In this document: positions 61,532-64,000 of the stretch, one piece after another
How positions within the stretch are numbered: the first letter of the stretch is position 1
Layout of the letters: every line of letters starts with the position of its first letter
Source of the DNA: an uncultured bacterium
Lineage (GTDB): Bacteria > Actinomycetota > Acidimicrobiia > Spongiisociales > ZC4RG35
Reading direction: 5' to 3'
NCBI GenBank assembly: GCA_963745865.1
Contig: CAVUYZ010000003.1
Coordinates: forward strand, 558,262-622,261
DNA: 64,000 bases
Notes under the pieces: generated by a model
The model's input: the letters and a program-made list of their open reading frames with translations, nothing else
Told to the model about the DNA's origin: nothing
Database searches by the model: none
Made by a program: the position numbers and the translations under genes

Positions 61532-62731
61532 TCAGGGGGAGGGGACCGGAGCGAAGGCGGCCATCGAGAAGCCCTCGACCTCGACCGGATCCCCCTCGAG
61601 TGGAACGATCCTGATGCGAGCGCCTCCCACCGCGACGGCGAATGTCGTCGAGTCCGCTGACCACAGACTGAGGGCACGGTCGTACTGGTCCCAGAACGGG
61701 AGATACGCCGATGCGAGCTCATCACTCGGAGCAAACGGCTCGAATTCGAGGTCGATGTCACGTCCTGGCTGAAGCACCCGCGGGATCAGCTGGCCGACCT
61801 GCTCGGTCCGGGTCGTATACAGGAGCGCATCTCCGTCCGGGCTCCATTGCACCAGGTCGATGGCGATCGATGTCCGCTCGGCGATCACGGTTCCCGAATC
61901 GACATCCAACACGACGAGGCGCTGGTCGCCGACCTCGCCACCCACCACCGCGAGCCGCCGCCCATCGAGCCCGGCGAAGAGGCGAACCGGCACATCCGCA
62001 GTGGTGAGTGTGGTTCGATCTCCGGAGGCGACGTCGAGCTTCACGATCTCGTTGGAGTCGGTCTGGAACGAGATCTGTCTGAGCGGGCCGGCGACTGCTT
62101 CCGATCGACCACGGGCGAGAAACAGGCCGTTGTTCGTCCAGAGAGGTGTCGCGAACCGACCGGGCTCGAAACCGAGGTCGGTGACCGTGGCCCCGGGAAC
62201 ATCGATGATGCCGAGCCTGGTTGCGCCGATGTTGGCTGCGACCTGTGCTCCGTCGGGAGACCAATCCAGAAAGAACGGAGTGGCGACGCCGTGGCGCTGA
62301 GCAACCCCCGCCGCCGGGTCGAGCGACCCGAACAACACACCGGTGCCGCCCGGGTCGTTTCCCAAGAACGCCACCCGGTCGCCTCGGGGGTTCCATGCGT
62401 AGAAGAAGGGGGCGGTGGGAACCTCGATCTCAGCCGAGATCCCGGTCGACAGCGACGTGACTACGGAGGCGAAGCCCGAACCATCCACAGCTGCTCCCGT
62501 CCAGACAACGCTTCCGTCTGGCGATGGCGTGACCTGCGAGACTCCGAGGCCGCTGGTTTCGAGCTGACGCCTCGGATTTGCCGAGCCAGGTTCGTCGAAC
62601 ACGGCGATCGAGTCGGAGTCCCAGGCGACCAGGGCTCCGGGGTTGGGAACCGGCTCCGTCGTGTCCGGCGTCGCACCGACGGAGCAGGCCGACGTGATGA
62701 GAAGGCACGCTGTCAACGCAGATCTGAGCAT
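61532..62731 (-). CDS. Lipoprotein with a TolB/PD40-like beta-propeller
   Basis: Lipobox TSAC; repeated WNPRGD, WSPDGA, WSPDGD and WSADS blades. Leaderless ATG start. Confidence 0.82.
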   Translation of the reverse strand: MLRSALTACLLITSACSVGATPDTTEPVPNPGALVAWDSDSIAVFDEPGSANPRRQLETSGLGVSQVTPSPDGSVVWTGAAVDGSGFASVVTSLSTGISAEIEVPTAPFFYAWNPRGDRVAFLGNDPGGTGVLFGSLDPAAGVAQRHGVATPFFLDWSPDGAQVAANIGATRLGIIDVPGATVTDLGFEPGRFATPLWTNNGLFLARGRSEAVAGPLRQISFQTDSNEIVKLDVASGDRTTLTTADVPVRLFAGLDGRRLAVVGGEVGDQRLVVLDVDSGTVIAERTSIAIDLVQWSPDGDALLYTTRTEQVGQLIPRVLQPGRDIDLEFEPFAPSDELASAYLPFWDQYDRALSLWSADSTTFAVAVGGARIRIVPLEGDPVEVEGFSMAAFAPVPSP

Positions 62732-62773
62732 CACCAGAGGCTAGGCACCTCTCGCCTCTGTACGATCGAGGGC

Positions 62774-63268
62774 GTGACACCGAGCCATACCGAGACGTAC
62801 GTCATCGACGACCTCGACGCCAGGATCATCGCGCTCTGGCGGAAGGAGCCGCGAATCGGCATCCTCGAGATGTCGCGTCGGCTCGCCGTTGCCAGAGGGA
62901 CCGTGCAGTCACGACTCGACAAGATGATCGGCGCTGGCGTGATCACTGGCTTTGGACCCGAGGTGGACCTCTCCCGAATCGGATTCGATGTCGTCGGCTT
63001 CACCACGATTGAGGTCGTGCAAGGGAGAACGGCCGAGGTGATCGAGCATCTCACGACGATTCCGGCCGTCATCGAAGCTCACTCGATTGCCGGCCAGGGC
63101 GACATCCTGGTTCGAATCGGAGCCCGCTCGAATGAGCAACTGATGCAAGTGCTCCAGCAAATCCTCCAGTCGCCGGCGGTCGACCGAGCGTCGACGTCCA
63201 TGGCGCTCGCCAACCACATTGCATATCGCACCCTGCCGCTCGTCGAACAGGCAGCTTCAGGCAGCTAG
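62774..63268 (+). CDS. Lrp/AsnC family regulator
   Basis: IDDLDARII, LAVARGTVQSRLDKM..AGVI, AHSIAGQGD. Leaderless GTG start. Confidence 0.92.
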   Translation: MTPSHTETYVIDDLDARIIALWRKEPRIGILEMSRRLAVARGTVQSRLDKMIGAGVITGFGPEVDLSRIGFDVVGFTTIEVVQGRTAEVIEHLTTIPAVIEAHSIAGQGDILVRIGARSNEQLMQVLQQILQSPAVDRASTSMALANHIAYRTLPLVEQAASGS

Positions 63269-64000
63269 CCGACCACCCGCCCGCATACCTCGCCGATCGG
63301 TTCGGGATGGCCGTCCCGGTCGACGGTGGCGGTGATCACCACCTCATCGCCGTCCAACAGATAGCTCCTGGTCGTATCGCCCAGTGTGATGGGATCGGCT
63401 CCGTCAGCGGTCAGCTCGAGAAGGCTGCCGACGCCCACCTCTCCCGAGATCGTTCCGGTGCCGATGAGGTCACCGGCGCGGATCGGCGCCCCGTTCGATG
63501 TCATGTGGGCGATCTGCTGCGGCGGTGTCCAGTACAGATCACGTGCATTGGTGGCGGAGACACGGTGCGGCTCGCCTCCGTTGGGCGTGATCCAGGCCTC
63601 GAGAGAGATATCGAACGACCAGTCGTCGACCTGTCTGAGTTGGGGGACGGGGGGAGGGGCTTGCTCCGGGCTGGGCTCGCGACATCCATCCAGGGCCGCA
63701 AGTGGCACGACCCAAGCGCTGACCGAGGTCGCAAACGACTTGCCCAAGAATGGTCCGAGCGGTTGGTACTCGAAGGCCTGGATGTCCCGGGCGCTCCAAT
63801 CGTTCATCACGACCACACCGAAAACGTGATCGGCGGCAGCTTCTGTGCTGACCGGTTCGTTCGGTGCCGTCGGGTTGCCGAGCACGTAGCCGAGCTCCAC
63901 CTCGAAGTCGAGGCGCTCGGTCGGCTCGAACCGAGGCGCCCCATCGACCAGGCGCTGGCCTCTGGGGCGCGGGACGGGCGTTCCGGAGACGACGACGGTG
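63265..64000 (-). CDS. fahA: Fumarylacetoacetase (5' part outside the window)
   Basis: LDFEVELG, MNDWSARDIQAFEYQPLGPFLGKSF, QQIAH.TSNG, GDLIGTGTISG. Confidence 0.92.
   Translation of the reverse strand, partial: TVVVSGTPVPRPRGQRLVDGAPRFEPTERLDFEVELGYVLGNPTAPNEPVSTEAAADHVFGVVVMNDWSARDIQAFEYQPLGPFLGKSFATSVSAWVVPLAALDGCREPSPEQAPPPVPQLRQVDDWSFDISLEAWITPNGGEPHRVSATNARDLYWTPPQQIAHMTSNGAPIRAGDLIGTGTISGEVGVGSLLELTADGADPITLGDTTRSYLLDGDEVVITATVDRDGHPEPIGEVCGRVVG

Noticed and set aside
1-64000. CRISPR arrays, IS elements, prophage genes, rRNA, known riboswitches (lysine, glycine)
   Set aside because: No regularly spaced repeats, transposase/integrase motifs or recognisable aptamer cores were seen by eye. 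An Infernal/Rfam scan would be needed to exclude ncRNAs formally.

Overview
64 kb of core chromosome from a high-GC actinobacterium. Gene content and order suggest class Acidimicrobiia (inference). The window is densely packed with housekeeping genes: hisS-aspS-rarA-alaS-ruvX-mltG-aroE-DUF4388-prepilin peptidase-aroCKB-efp-nusB, ispH, an ECF sigma/anti-sigma/YbjQ module, der, tRNA-Pro(GGG), a peptide-type ABC operon, a remodelled pgsA2-gcvH-garA-ftsR-BFN-mcdR cluster, lipid and amino-acid enzymes, a group-2 sigma factor, two orphan kinases and one two-component pair. About 20 genes, several of them essential, are broken by single-base indels (mostly +1). This points to long-read consensus error rather than pseudogenes, so those genes are given as reconstructed spans. 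No CRISPR array, integrase, transposase or rRNA was seen. The best leads are: (i) a head-to-head DnaA-box pair over the -35 of an McdR(Rv1830)-like gene, which is translationally coupled to an uncharacterised PD-(D/E)XK-fold protein and gcvT, near a motif-degenerate HPRT; (ii) an ABHD18/DUF2048-like hydrolase next to an acyltransferase; (iii) a Scy/FilP-like coiled-coil pair beside a small GTPase; (iv) a pervasive leaderless-promoter signature. All annotations come from motif recognition; no database searches were run.
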